Source: an uncultured Eubacteriales bacterium (GTDB lineage Bacteria > Bacillota > Clostridia > TANB77 > CAG-508). From it: a DNA stretch of 64,000 nt. The stretch is from NCBI GenBank assembly GCA_949288175.1, contig CASEIV010000012.1:15616-79615 (forward strand), in the 5' to 3' direction. How positions within the stretch are numbered: position 1 is the first letter of the stretch; every line of letters begins with the position of its first letter. The position numbers were made by a program, and so were the translations under genes. The notes below the pieces were generated by a model that did not search any database, was not told where the DNA came from, and worked only from the letters and a program-made list of their open reading frames with translations. Positions 11,019-21,073 of the stretch are shown here, in pieces.

Positions 11019-12296
11019 ATGCATATTTATATGGTTATCTTAGATGGAGCGGCAGATAGAAAAATAAAAGAACTTGGAAATAAGACACCTTTGCAAGTGG
11101 CTAATACACCACATATGGATATATTGGCACAAAGAGGTGCTGAATCCCTTATTACAGTTATAGATGAGAATATAACGCCAGAATCTGATTCAGGAAGTAT
11201 GGCATTACTCTCATATGACCCAAAGATATATTATCCAGGAAGAGGAACATTAGAAGGATTAGGAACCGGATTTATTCCTGAAGGATATGATTATGTAGCT
11301 TTTAGAATTAATTTTGCTTCCTATGATGAAACATTAGGAACATTAGATAGAAGAACGGCTAGAGGATTAGAAGATAAAGAATTACAAACTTTGGCTGAAG
11401 AGATAACAGAAAATGTAACGTTATCTAAATATGGAGTGGCGTTCAAGTTACTTGCATTTGGGCATCACAGAGGAATATTAGTCATGTATAGTAAACATGT
11501 AAAACTTTCTGGAAATGTATCTAATACAGATCCAGGTTTTATGAAGGATGGTGTTTTTGGAAAACCAGTAAAAAATTATGAACCAAAACCATTAACATGT
11601 GTGTCATTGGATGGGAAAGAAGAAAGTAAAAAGACAGCAGAAATTGTAAATGATTTTATAGAACAATCTAATAAAATCTTATCAAAAAGTGAAGTAAATC
11701 ATAGACGAATAGAAAGAGGTGAAATGCCTGCTAATTATTTAATCTTCAGAGATGGCGGAATGCCAGCTAAGAAAATGCCACAATTTCAAGATAAATTTAG
11801 ACTTACACTTTCTATGTATGGTCAATTACCTGCTGAAAATGCAATAGCAAAATTAATTGGTGCCAAATTTACATTTTCCAAATCTTTAGATTTGCAATTA
11901 GATAAAGATTTTATGATAAATGCAGAGAAAATTTTTGTACAAGATAAGGCAGATGTTAAATTTATACATATCAAAGGACCAGATGAACCAGGGCATGATA
12001 ATAAACCTAAAGAAAAGGTTAAAGCAATTGAATTTATAGATAAGTATTTTATAGCGGGATTAGTAAAAGATATAACAGATGAGGATATCGTTATTATTAC
12101 ATGTGATCATGCCACACCATGTGAATTAAAAATACATTCTACGGATAAAGTTCCTGTTCTAATTGCAGGAAATCAATGTATAAAAGATGGAAGTATAAAA
12201 TTTGATGAAGAAAATGCAGAAAGAGGAAATTTACCAATTGAAAAAGCAATCGATATTTTTCCATATATTATAAAAAATTTGCATAAGGAGAATTAG
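11019..12296 (+). CDS. Cofactor-independent phosphoglycerate mutase, ApgM/BcpB (AP superfamily) type
   Basis: ILDGAAD, TPL..A.TP.MD, PESD, GRG.LE, KGPDEPGHD, TCDHATP, H. Confidence 0.85.
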   Translation: MHIYMVILDGAADRKIKELGNKTPLQVANTPHMDILAQRGAESLITVIDENITPESDSGSMALLSYDPKIYYPGRGTLEGLGTGFIPEGYDYVAFRINFASYDETLGTLDRRTARGLEDKELQTLAEEITENVTLSKYGVAFKLLAFGHHRGILVMYSKHVKLSGNVSNTDPGFMKDGVFGKPVKNYEPKPLTCVSLDGKEESKKTAEIVNDFIEQSNKILSKSEVNHRRIERGEMPANYLIFRDGGMPAKKMPQFQDKFRLTLSMYGQLPAENAIAKLIGAKFTFSKSLDLQLDKDFMINAEKIFVQDKADVKFIHIKGPDEPGHDNKPKEKVKAIEFIDKYFIAGLVKDITDEDIVIITCDHATPCELKIHSTDKVPVLIAGNQCIKDGSIKFDEENAERGNLPIEKAIDIFPYIIKNLHKEN

Positions 12297-13475
12297 ATGA
12301 TAAAAATAAAAGAAATCAAAGTAAGAAACATATTAAATTCAGAAGGAAAAGAAGCTTTAGAAGTAGAAATAGTAACAAATGATAATAGAAAAGCAATAGC
12401 ATCAAGTCCGTCTGCCATTATTCCAGGAAGAAGAGAAATTTTAACAACAAGTCATATTCATATGAATAGTTTAAATCAAATGATAGAAGAAATATATTGT
12501 AAAGAATTTAACAGTCAAAGTGATTTTGACAAATTTTTAAATCAATATATGGGAAAGTTAGGGACGAATGTTTGCTTACCATTTTCTCTAGCATATGCAA
12601 GAATATGTGCTAAAAATCAGAATATAACATTAGTGGAATATATAAGGAAAATAGCAAATTATCATGTAAAAAATCCATCACCAATCCCTCTTGTTGCCAT
12701 TTTTTCTGGAGGCATACATAATCAAGAAGAAAAAGGTTCTATTCAAAATATTATGATGGCAGTTGATATACATCCATTTTCAAAATCTGTACCAGTGATT
12801 ACGGAAATTTATACAGATATAGAAAATGAAGTGAAAAGAAGAAACATTTTAAAATATTATGGTGCTTCTAGTGGAATGGTTATGCCAAGATTAACAGAGA
12901 AAGAAAAAATGAAAATGCTAGAAGAAACAATCGAAAGATTGCATTATGAAAAATATGTAAGTATTGCAATAGATGTTGCAGCTGAACATTTTTACAAAAA
13001 TGAAAGTTATGAATATAATGGACAAATTCTAAGTTCACAAAAATTAAACGACATATTAATGGGATATATAAAAAAATATAATATAACCTATGTGGAAGAT
13101 CCATTTGATTCAGATGATATACAATACTGGAAATTAATTAAAGCGCAAAATCAAAATATAGAGATTGTAGGAGACGATTTATTTGCTACACAGGATAAAT
13201 ATATAAATTCTGAATTAGCAAATGGTATCATCATTAAAATGAATCAAGTAGGAACTTTAACAGATACAATAAATGCGTTTTTAAAAGCCAAAAGAGAAAA
13301 TATGGTAACTTGTGTGTCACAAAGATCAATTGAAACAGAAGATACATTTATGTGTGATTTAGCAGTTGCATTAGGTTCTACATATATCAAAATAGGTGGA
13401 CCTAGAAGAGGAGATAGAATTGCTAAATATAACCGTTTATTAAGATTAGAAGAGGATAGTGAAGTGATAAAATGA
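12297..13475 (+). CDS. Divergent enolase-like protein
   Basis: IDVAA, VEDP, VGDDLF, IKMNQVGT, SQRSIETED, AKYNRLLRLEE; several catalytic positions altered. Confidence 0.85.
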   Translation: MIKIKEIKVRNILNSEGKEALEVEIVTNDNRKAIASSPSAIIPGRREILTTSHIHMNSLNQMIEEIYCKEFNSQSDFDKFLNQYMGKLGTNVCLPFSLAYARICAKNQNITLVEYIRKIANYHVKNPSPIPLVAIFSGGIHNQEEKGSIQNIMMAVDIHPFSKSVPVITEIYTDIENEVKRRNILKYYGASSGMVMPRLTEKEKMKMLEETIERLHYEKYVSIAIDVAAEHFYKNESYEYNGQILSSQKLNDILMGYIKKYNITYVEDPFDSDDIQYWKLIKAQNQNIEIVGDDLFATQDKYINSELANGIIIKMNQVGTLTDTINAFLKAKRENMVTCVSQRSIETEDTFMCDLAVALGSTYIKIGGPRRGDRIAKYNRLLRLEEDSEVIK

Positions 13476-14377
13476 TTGTTGTTACATCTGGTAGTAAATA
13501 TATAGATATAGATGCTTACGCAAGTTGTATAGCTTATGCAAACTTGTTAAATCTAAAGGGGAAAGAAGCAAAAGCTGTATCTAGTGCAAAAACGAATGAA
13601 AGTATTCCTTCAAGTTTATTAAAATTAAATATTGGATTAGACAACTATAAACCTTCTCAAGAAGATGAGTTTATTGTCATAGATGTTTCTAATAAAGCAT
13701 TTTTTGATAAAATTGTCAATGAAGATAAGATAATAGAAATCATAGACCATCATGTAGGATATGATGAATATTGGAAAAATAAACTTCAAGATAAAGCAAA
13801 AATAGAATTTGTTGGGGCAGTGGCAACAATCATTGTATAGCTTTATGAAAAGGAAGGATTCATACATAAAATTACAAAAGAAATCGCAATTCTGCTGATA
13901 TCAGCTATTTTAGATAATACTTTAAATTTGAAAGCAAAAGTAACTTCTAAAAGAGATATAACTGCTTATGAAAAGTTAGAAAGCATCATTCAAGATAGAA
14001 AGTATCCAGAAAAATATTTCCTAGAATGTCAGTCACAAATCAATAAAGATTTAAAATTAGCTATAGAAAATGATACAAAAACAGAATATGTTAGTTTGAT
14101 ATTACCACCAATTTTTAGTCAACTAACAATATGGGATAAAGAAGATGTTTTAAGAGACAAAGATATTATATATACTATATTGAACAATATTGGAAATAAA
14201 TGGATGTTGAATCTTATCTGTTTGAAGGATGGAAAAAGTTATGTAATAGCACAAGATTTAGAAGTACAAAAAAAATTGGAAAAGTTATTTCATAAAAAAT
14301 TCAAAACAGATATCATGGAATTAGATAATGTTTGGCTTAGAAAAGAAATTATGAAAATCGCACAAGAACAAAAATAA
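13472..14377 (+). pseudogene. DHH-family (PPase-like) phosphoesterase interrupted by in-frame TAG at 13838-13840
   Basis: DIDAY, IDHH, GAVATI then (TAG)LYEKEG...LISAILDNT in the same frame; both ORF-track pieces are one frame. Confidence 0.8.
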
Positions 14378-14449
14378 AGAAAGTTCTAACTCATAAAATA
14401 TAGGAATACAATTAAACAAAAGTATTCTAAATAAAAGGAGTTAGAATAA

Positions 14450-14716
14450 ATGAAAGGTGTATCAATAGAAGAACGTGCAATAGAACTTGCACAATATATC
14501 ATAGACTCAAAAGATACAGTAAGAGGTGCAGCAAAAAAATTTGGAATAAGTAAAAGTACAGTACATAAAGATGTATCAGAAAGATTGAAAAAAATCAATC
14601 CAAGTTTAGCACAGGAAGTACGAAAAGTGTTAGATGAAAATAAAGCAGAAAGACATATAAGAGGAGGGATGGCGACAAAATTAAAATATAGTCATTTACA
14701 TGAACTTAAATCTTAA
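14450..14716 (+). CDS. spoIIID: Sporulation transcription regulator SpoIIID
   Basis: TVRGAAKKFGISKSTVHKDVSERL...RHIRGGMATK. Confidence 0.96.
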   Translation: MKGVSIEERAIELAQYIIDSKDTVRGAAKKFGISKSTVHKDVSERLKKINPSLAQEVRKVLDENKAERHIRGGMATKLKYSHLHELKS

Positions 14717-14828
14717 AATAAACTCAAAAGAAAACTGCAATGATAGTTAGTTTATTAATATATAAGAATCACCAATTTACAAAAATCGACATAGAATATA
14801 ATAGCTTAACTTTTAAGGTGGTATTCAT

Positions 14829-15644
14829 ATGGAAAAGATAAAAATTGGTGATATAGTAGGAAGAAAATCATATAATAAAGACATTTTATTTCGTGTAAAA
14901 AACATAATAGATACAAAAGTAGGTCAAATTGCTATTTTAATAGGAATTATAGAAAGAGTAGAAGCTGATAGTAGTATAAGTGATTTAGAAAAAGTAAGTG
15001 AAGAAAGAATACAGGAAGATTTAAATAACATACAAAAAAGAATAGAAGGCAAAATTAAGCGATTAGATAAAATAGAAGAAAACAGAAATAAATATACGAT
15101 AACAGGAAAAATCTTGCATTTAGATGGTGACAAAAAATATAGCGAAAAATCATACCGATATTATAAAAAAGTAGGTTTAAATGCTATTGTAAAAAATATA
15201 CCAGAATATAAACAACCAAAAGTAGTATACAATCTTTTGAAAATATATCAGCCAGATATATTAGTGATAACAGGACATGATGGAATGATAAAGAAAAATG
15301 CAAGATATGATGACTTATATAATTATCGTAATTCAAAATATTTTATAGAAACTGTTAAAGAAGCAAGAAAATATGATAAAGAAACTAACAAAAAATTAGT
15401 CATATTTGCAGGTGCTTGCCAAAGTTATTTTGAAGCATTAATTTGTGCAGGAGCTAATTTTGCATCTTCACCAGGAAGGATATTAATAGATTTTATAGAT
15501 CCATTAATTGTAGCTGAAAAAATAGCGGTAACAGAGAGATATAAATATATAACCATTGAAGATATAGAAAATGAATTAAGAGATGGAAAAAAAGGTGTTA
15601 GTGGCATAGGAGCAAATGGAAAAATGTATAAAATCATAAGATGA
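14829..15644 (+). CDS. yabG: Sporulation peptidase YabG
   Basis: GDIVGRKSY, LHLDGD, PDILVITGHD, FAGACQS; upstream of veg. Confidence 0.93.
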   Translation: MEKIKIGDIVGRKSYNKDILFRVKNIIDTKVGQIAILIGIIERVEADSSISDLEKVSEERIQEDLNNIQKRIEGKIKRLDKIEENRNKYTITGKILHLDGDKKYSEKSYRYYKKVGLNAIVKNIPEYKQPKVVYNLLKIYQPDILVITGHDGMIKKNARYDDLYNYRNSKYFIETVKEARKYDKETNKKLVIFAGACQSYFEALICAGANFASSPGRILIDFIDPLIVAEKIAVTERYKYITIEDIENELRDGKKGVSGIGANGKMYKIIR

Positions 15645-15750
15645 AACACAATTGTAACATAATTGTAATACAAAAGTAATATTAAAAATAAAAATCCGTA
15701 AAACCCTTTAAAATCAAGGATTTTAAAACTTTTACATCAACATACTTTTT

Positions 15751-15779
15751 TTGACATTTTTCCCCTAAAATGCTATAAT
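15751..15779 (+). promoter_or_regulatory. Consensus sigma-A promoter of veg
   Basis: TTGACA-17-TATAAT with extended TG. Confidence 0.85.
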
Positions 15780-15808
15780 CAAGCTATCTTAAGGGAGTAG
15801 GTGATAGC

Positions 15809-16111
15809 ATGATTTGTAAAAATGACATAACAAATCTAAAAACTGACATCTTAGAGAAAGTGGGGCAAAAGATAATTGTCAAAGGATCTTTAGGTAGAAG
15901 TAAAGCCTTTGAAAAAGAAGCTACAATAGAAAAAGCATATCCAAATATTTTTGTAGTAAAATATGAGGAAAATAATAGAAATGTAACATATAGTTATACA
16001 GATGTTTTAACAAGAACAGTAGAGGTTGAAGTATTTGATGGAAACTCATATAGTCCATTAATACCACCACCAGTTAACTTAAAAAAGAAAAAAGCAGCTG
16101 AACAACTATAA
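15809..16111 (+). CDS. veg: Veg family protein
   Basis: GRSK...AYPNIFVV...TYSYTDVLT; yabG-veg synteny. Confidence 0.9.
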   Translation: MICKNDITNLKTDILEKVGQKIIVKGSLGRSKAFEKEATIEKAYPNIFVVKYEENNRNVTYSYTDVLTRTVEVEVFDGNSYSPLIPPPVNLKKKKAAEQL

Positions 16112-16199
16112 ATAAGGCATTACAATATACAACATAATGAAATTTGAATCATAAAGTAAGAAAGAAAACTTGAAAAGGGTTTTCTTTTTTTTGTAGCAA

Positions 16200-16260
16200 A
16201 AATTGGGAAAATGAGTCCGTCTCCGATTTCCCTTTGTCTCCGTATCCAATTTCCCAATTT
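16200..16260. repeat. Short REP-like element with ccgtctcc motifs
   Basis: aattgggaaa...tttcccaatt arms enclosing two gtctccg units; resembles the ggggacgg/ccgtcccc motif at 49700. Confidence 0.4.
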
Positions 16261-16350
16261 AAAAAGTGAGATTTCTTTGGCTTAAAATGTTATAAATCAT
16301 CATTTGCCTTCATATATATAGAATAAAGAAAAATGATAAGGAGGTAAATA

Positions 16351-17922
16351 ATGATTGTAAATACAATAAAAGAAAATTTGTGTGTCAATAAAAAGGTAGC
16401 AACTAGAAAAGAAATTGTAGTTGTAGAAGGAGATGTGATTGTTCCAGATGCAAAACCAGATGTTTTAAATATAATTTGTACAAGTGGGGTAGTATGTATT
16501 TATAAAAAAGAAATGATAGATGAAAAAATAAAAATAGAGGGGAATGTAGATACATATATCATGTATATGACAGATGATAGTCAAGAACGAACAAGAGGCA
16601 TTAATACCAGTTTAGATTTGTCAGAAGTTATTAATATTCCTAATATAACAAGTGAAATGGAAAGTGATGTATGTACGAATATTAAAGAAATAGAAGCAAA
16701 AGTAATTAATGAACGAAAAATATCCATCAAAGCAACAATAGAATTAATCATTGAAGTGTATTCTAAAGAAGAAATTTCGATTGTGAATAGTTTAGAAAAT
16801 ACAGATGAAATCAAAATGTTGCAAGAGCAATTATTTGTTAACTCATTAATAGGAAGCGGAGAAACAAAAATATATGCCAAAGAAAATATTTCTATAGATA
16901 ATATTGATAATTTAGTAGAAATTTTAAAATTAAATGTAGGGATAGGAAATAAAGATATAAAAATTAGTTATAACAAAGTTTTGACAAAAGCAGAGGCAGA
17001 AGTCAAAATGGTATATTTAACAGAAGATAATCGAATTAATAAAACAATGGCAACAATACCAATTATCGGATTTGTAGATATTCAAGATGTTAATGAAGGA
17101 AATATATGTGATACAAATTATGAAATTCGAAATCTGATTGTAAAACCAAATTCAGTAGAAGAACATTCTGTATATATTGAAATGGAAATCAATGTGACAA
17201 CGACTGCATATGAAGAAAGAACAATTAACATTATTCAAGATTTATATAGCCCATCTGAAAACATTGAATTTAATAAAAAAACAGTAAGAACGATTGCAGG
17301 AAAAAGAGAAATTTTGGAAACAAGAGAGATTAGTGAAAAATTAAGAATAGAAGAATTACAAGGCAGAAATATTGTCGATGTAGATGTTGTTCCGAATATC
17401 ATAAAGCAAAATGTAATGGGAGACAAAATCATCTATAATGGAGAGCTAGAATTAAGGTTTATGTTGATGGGAGAAGACTTACAGATAATGACAAGAAAAG
17501 AAAGCATATCTTTTGAATATAATCTTGACAATATCAGTGATGGTGATAGTTTAAACATACGTACAAATATAGAAATTGGAAGTCAAGACTTTATCATTCA
17601 AGAAGGAGGAGAAGTATTAGCAAATGTGCAAATGAGAATGCATACGATGCTAGACAAAAATGTGAATATTAATACAATTGATGAAGTACAAACAATTGGA
17701 GAAAGGGAAGAACAGGATTATAGTATTATCATGTATATCGTGAAAAAAGATGATTCTTTATGGAAGATAGCAAAAATGTTTGGAAGCACAGTAGATGATA
17801 TTGCTAGAGTGAATGGAATTGAAGATGAGAATATGATTTTTCCAGGACAAAAATTATTTATACCAAGATATAAAAGAAAAGGCATGAGTAGCAAGCAGGC
17901 TTCTATGATAAATTATGCCTAA
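16351..17922 (+). CDS. DUF3794 (SPOCS) and LysM spore coat protein, SipL-like
   Basis: VPDAKPDV N-terminus, three SPOCS-like repeats, C-terminal LysM YIVKKDDSLWKIAK. Confidence 0.85.
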   Translation: MIVNTIKENLCVNKKVATRKEIVVVEGDVIVPDAKPDVLNIICTSGVVCIYKKEMIDEKIKIEGNVDTYIMYMTDDSQERTRGINTSLDLSEVINIPNITSEMESDVCTNIKEIEAKVINERKISIKATIELIIEVYSKEEISIVNSLENTDEIKMLQEQLFVNSLIGSGETKIYAKENISIDNIDNLVEILKLNVGIGNKDIKISYNKVLTKAEAEVKMVYLTEDNRINKTMATIPIIGFVDIQDVNEGNICDTNYEIRNLIVKPNSVEEHSVYIEMEINVTTTAYEERTINIIQDLYSPSENIEFNKKTVRTIAGKREILETREISEKLRIEELQGRNIVDVDVVPNIIKQNVMGDKIIYNGELELRFMLMGEDLQIMTRKESISFEYNLDNISDGDSLNIRTNIEIGSQDFIIQEGGEVLANVQMRMHTMLDKNVNINTIDEVQTIGEREEQDYSIIMYIVKKDDSLWKIAKMFGSTVDDIARVNGIEDENMIFPGQKLFIPRYKRKGMSSKQASMINYA

Positions 17923-18613
17923 GATTTATTCAAGAACTAAGATACGAATTCCGAATATATTTGCAAATGTAAAACATAAAAGAAAATTGGCTATGATAAT
18001 AATTTTTATCACAACCATTATGATATCTGTAAAAGTCATGTTAGATGCAGTAAATCCTATTTTTGATACATTATGTGAAAATGAAGCAAAAAGCTTGGCG
18101 ACGATTATATCAAATGAGCAGGCAACAAATGTCATGACAGAACATAGCTATGATGAGTTATTTACTGTAGAAAAAGATGCAAACGGAAATGTGACAATGA
18201 TAAAATCAAATGTGATTCCCATTAATGAAATCATTTCTGATGTAGCAATCAAAATACAAGAAGAAATTAATCAACAGGGAAGGCAAGATATTGAAATCGC
18301 TTTGGGAAGTTTTACAGGTATTAAATTATTGGCAGGAAGGGGACCTGGAATTAAGATAAGAATATCAACAGTAGGTAATGTAGAAACTGATTTAAAAAGT
18401 GAATTTGAAGCACAAGGAATTAATCAAACACTACATAGAATTTATTTACAAGTAAAATGTGAAGTCAGTATTTTAACACCATTTAAAGATATTACAAAAG
18501 ACATTACAAACCAAGTATTAATTATGGAAAATGTCATTATTGGAACAGTTCCAAACACGTATTATAATATAGAGGGAATTGGTACAAATGATGCTCTTGA
18601 ATTTGTAGAATAG
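17915..18613 (+). CDS. yunB: Sporulation protein YunB
   Basis: GPGIKIRI..VG.V....KSEFEAQGINQTLHRIY...VPNTY. Confidence 0.9.
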   Translation: MPKIYSRTKIRIPNIFANVKHKRKLAMIIIFITTIMISVKVMLDAVNPIFDTLCENEAKSLATIISNEQATNVMTEHSYDELFTVEKDANGNVTMIKSNVIPINEIISDVAIKIQEEINQQGRQDIEIALGSFTGIKLLAGRGPGIKIRISTVGNVETDLKSEFEAQGINQTLHRIYLQVKCEVSILTPFKDITKDITNQVLIMENVIIGTVPNTYYNIEGIGTNDALEFVE

Positions 18614-18662
18614 ATTCATATAACCTTTTAAGATAGAATATACTATTTTAGGAGGTTTTTTT

Positions 18663-19251
18663 ATGTTAAAAATGATAGATTTACCATATCCATTAACAGC
18701 TTTAGAGCCATATTATTCCAAAGAAACATTGGATTCACATTACAATATTTTATATAAAGGATATGTAGATAATACAAATAACACAGAAGAAAAATTGAAG
18801 CTAGCAAGGGAGAAAAGAGATTTCTCTAATATTAAATGTCTAGAAAAAGATTTAAGTTTTTATGGTTCAGGAGTCATTTTACATGAACTATTTTTTGAAA
18901 ATATGGGACCTGCTATTCCAACAGAGCCAGTTATAGAACTGATGAAACAAATGATAAAAGACTTTGGAAGTTATGAAATATTTAAAGAACAATTTACAGA
19001 AGCAAGTAAAACAGTAGAAGCCTCACGGTTGGTGTTTGTTAGTATGGGTTCCTAAATGGTCTAAATTAGAAATTTTACAATGTGAAAAACATCAAAATTT
19101 GACATTATGGGGATGCAAACCATTATTGGTTTTAGATATGTGGGAGCATTCTTATTATTTACAATACCATACGAAAAGAGCAGAGTATATCCAAGCATTT
19201 TGGAATATTGTGAATTGGAATATGGTAAATAGGAGATTTAGACAAAGGTAA
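18663..19251 (+). CDS. Fe/Mn superoxide dismutase, +1 frameshift at CGG 19026-19028 (joined ~195 aa)
   Basis: LPY..ALEPY, H..H metal ligands in frame 0; (G)WCLL and LDMWEHSYYLQY in +1 frame. Confidence 0.88.
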
Positions 19252-19422
19252 GAAAAATATTTATAAATGGTTAACAATGCAGTTAAAAATATATTTTGAC
19301 TGCATTGTAAGCTATAATACAATCTTTTAAAGAAACAATTGTAAATATTGAAAATATAGGATGGTTAGAGTATAATAATAGTGATTTTATAACAATATAA
19401 GAAATAATAAAGGGAGAAGAAA

Positions 19423-20175
19423 ATGGACTATATTCACTTTTTTGGAACAACAGGAAATAAAGATATTATTTTTAAAAACATAAGGTCAGCAGGAGGATTA
19501 TATATAAACATTGATGATACACATATCGTTTTTGACCCAGGAATCAATACATTTTATAAATACATTCATACATATGGTGATAAGGAAATAATTGATGGAA
19601 TTATCGTATCACATGTTCATATAGATCATTCCAATGATTTAAATATATTTATAGAATTAATGACAAATGGAGGAAGAGAAAAAAGAGGAAATGTGATAGT
19701 ACCAAAACAAGCAATCGATAATCAAATTTTACAACCATATTTGGAAAATTTTCCTGAAAAGATAGAAATGATAGAGGAAAATACAACATATAAAATAAAA
19801 AATCTAGAAATTACAACCTCTATACCACATGACCATAGGGTAGAATGTTATGGATTTACAATAAAAACGAGCAAAAATAAAATAGGAATTGTAACAGATA
19901 CAAAATATTTTCCAGAATTATTAAACTCTTACAAAGATTGTGATATATTAATCATGAATGTAGCTTATCATATCAATAATAAAGAAAAAGCAAAACATTT
20001 GGATATACCAGCAGTGGAAGAATTTATAAAAATAATACAACCAACTAAAGTGATAATAACACATTTTAATAAAAATATATTGCGTGAGAATCCACCAGGA
20101 ATTGCACAAGACTTAACGAAAAAATATGGAATAGAAGTTATTTCGGCAGAAGATGACATGGACTTATATTTATAA
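19423..20175 (+). CDS. MBL-fold metallo-hydrolase
   Basis: DPG, SHVHIDH, H, TDT, THF motifs. Confidence 0.88.
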   Translation: MDYIHFFGTTGNKDIIFKNIRSAGGLYINIDDTHIVFDPGINTFYKYIHTYGDKEIIDGIIVSHVHIDHSNDLNIFIELMTNGGREKRGNVIVPKQAIDNQILQPYLENFPEKIEMIEENTTYKIKNLEITTSIPHDHRVECYGFTIKTSKNKIGIVTDTKYFPELLNSYKDCDILIMNVAYHINNKEKAKHLDIPAVEEFIKIIQPTKVIITHFNKNILRENPPGIAQDLTKKYGIEVISAEDDMDLYL

Positions 20176-20227
20176 AATAAAATGTAAAATAATATAGTTA
20201 GTCAAATTAAAAAAGGAAAAGATATGT

Positions 20228-20890
20228 ATGAATAATAAAAAATGGGAAGAAGATGCTAAAAATATTACAAAATATTATACAAATAAGATAGCAGGAAAAG
20301 GGGAGTCTATCGAATCTCTTGCTTATAGAGACAAAAAATATGTAAAGATGTTTTTTGATGAACTCTTTTCTGGAATAGAAATAAAAAATCAATCCACATT
20401 TCTGGATATAGGATGTGGAATGGGATTTTTGATAAAATATGCTGAAGAACAAAAAATAGAAATAAAAGATTATTTGGGAATTGATTTAGTAAAAGAATTT
20501 ATAGATTATTCAAAAATAAAATATCCTGATTATAATTTTGTTGTGGGTAATTTTATTTCTGACAAGTTTTCTCTAAATAAAAAATATGATTATGTGTTAG
20601 CACTTGGAGTACTAGTTTCTAGAGTGAGTGATTATGAAACATATTTATTAAAATTTGTAAAAAAAATGATTATTTTTACCAAAGGATATGTTTTATTTAA
20701 TTTGATTGTTGAAATAGATGAAGATTCTACAAACTATTCCAATAGGGATGAAATAGGGGGAATTACATGTATTCGTAAAGAAAAATTAAAAGAAATATTA
20801 GATTCTATTCCTAATATTTCATACAAAATTATAGAGAAAAGATTGTTTGAAGATGCGATAGATGCATTTATACAGATAAAAGTAAATTAA
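20228..20890 (+). CDS. Class I SAM-dependent methyltransferase
   Basis: FLDIGCGMG, YLGIDL, YDYVLALG. Confidence 0.88.
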   Translation: MNNKKWEEDAKNITKYYTNKIAGKGESIESLAYRDKKYVKMFFDELFSGIEIKNQSTFLDIGCGMGFLIKYAEEQKIEIKDYLGIDLVKEFIDYSKIKYPDYNFVVGNFISDKFSLNKKYDYVLALGVLVSRVSDYETYLLKFVKKMIIFTKGYVLFNLIVEIDEDSTNYSNRDEIGGITCIRKEKLKEILDSIPNISYKIIEKRLFEDAIDAFIQIKVN

Positions 20891-20911
20891 GGTATAATTA
20901 AATATGATGAT

Positions 20912-20970
20912 AAAAACCTCAGAATTTTTTAAACTTCTGAGGTTTTGACATTATCTAACTATTGCTAAAT
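20912..20970. repeat. Degenerate direct copy of rpsI 3' end plus terminator (att-like)
   Basis: Aligns with 21998-22055 over ~58 bp. Confidence 0.65.
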
Positions 20971-21073
20971 TTTATTGTAAAAGTATAAACATATTTTAAT
21001 AAAATTATGATAAATCTATTGACAAATACAAACAAATGTTTTATAACACATACAATAAAAAGGATGTGAAAAT

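Noticed and set aside
13838..13840. Genome-wide TAG reassignment
   Set aside because: TAG ends conserved genes at their expected positions (iscS, rpsI, spo0A, yunB, dusB).
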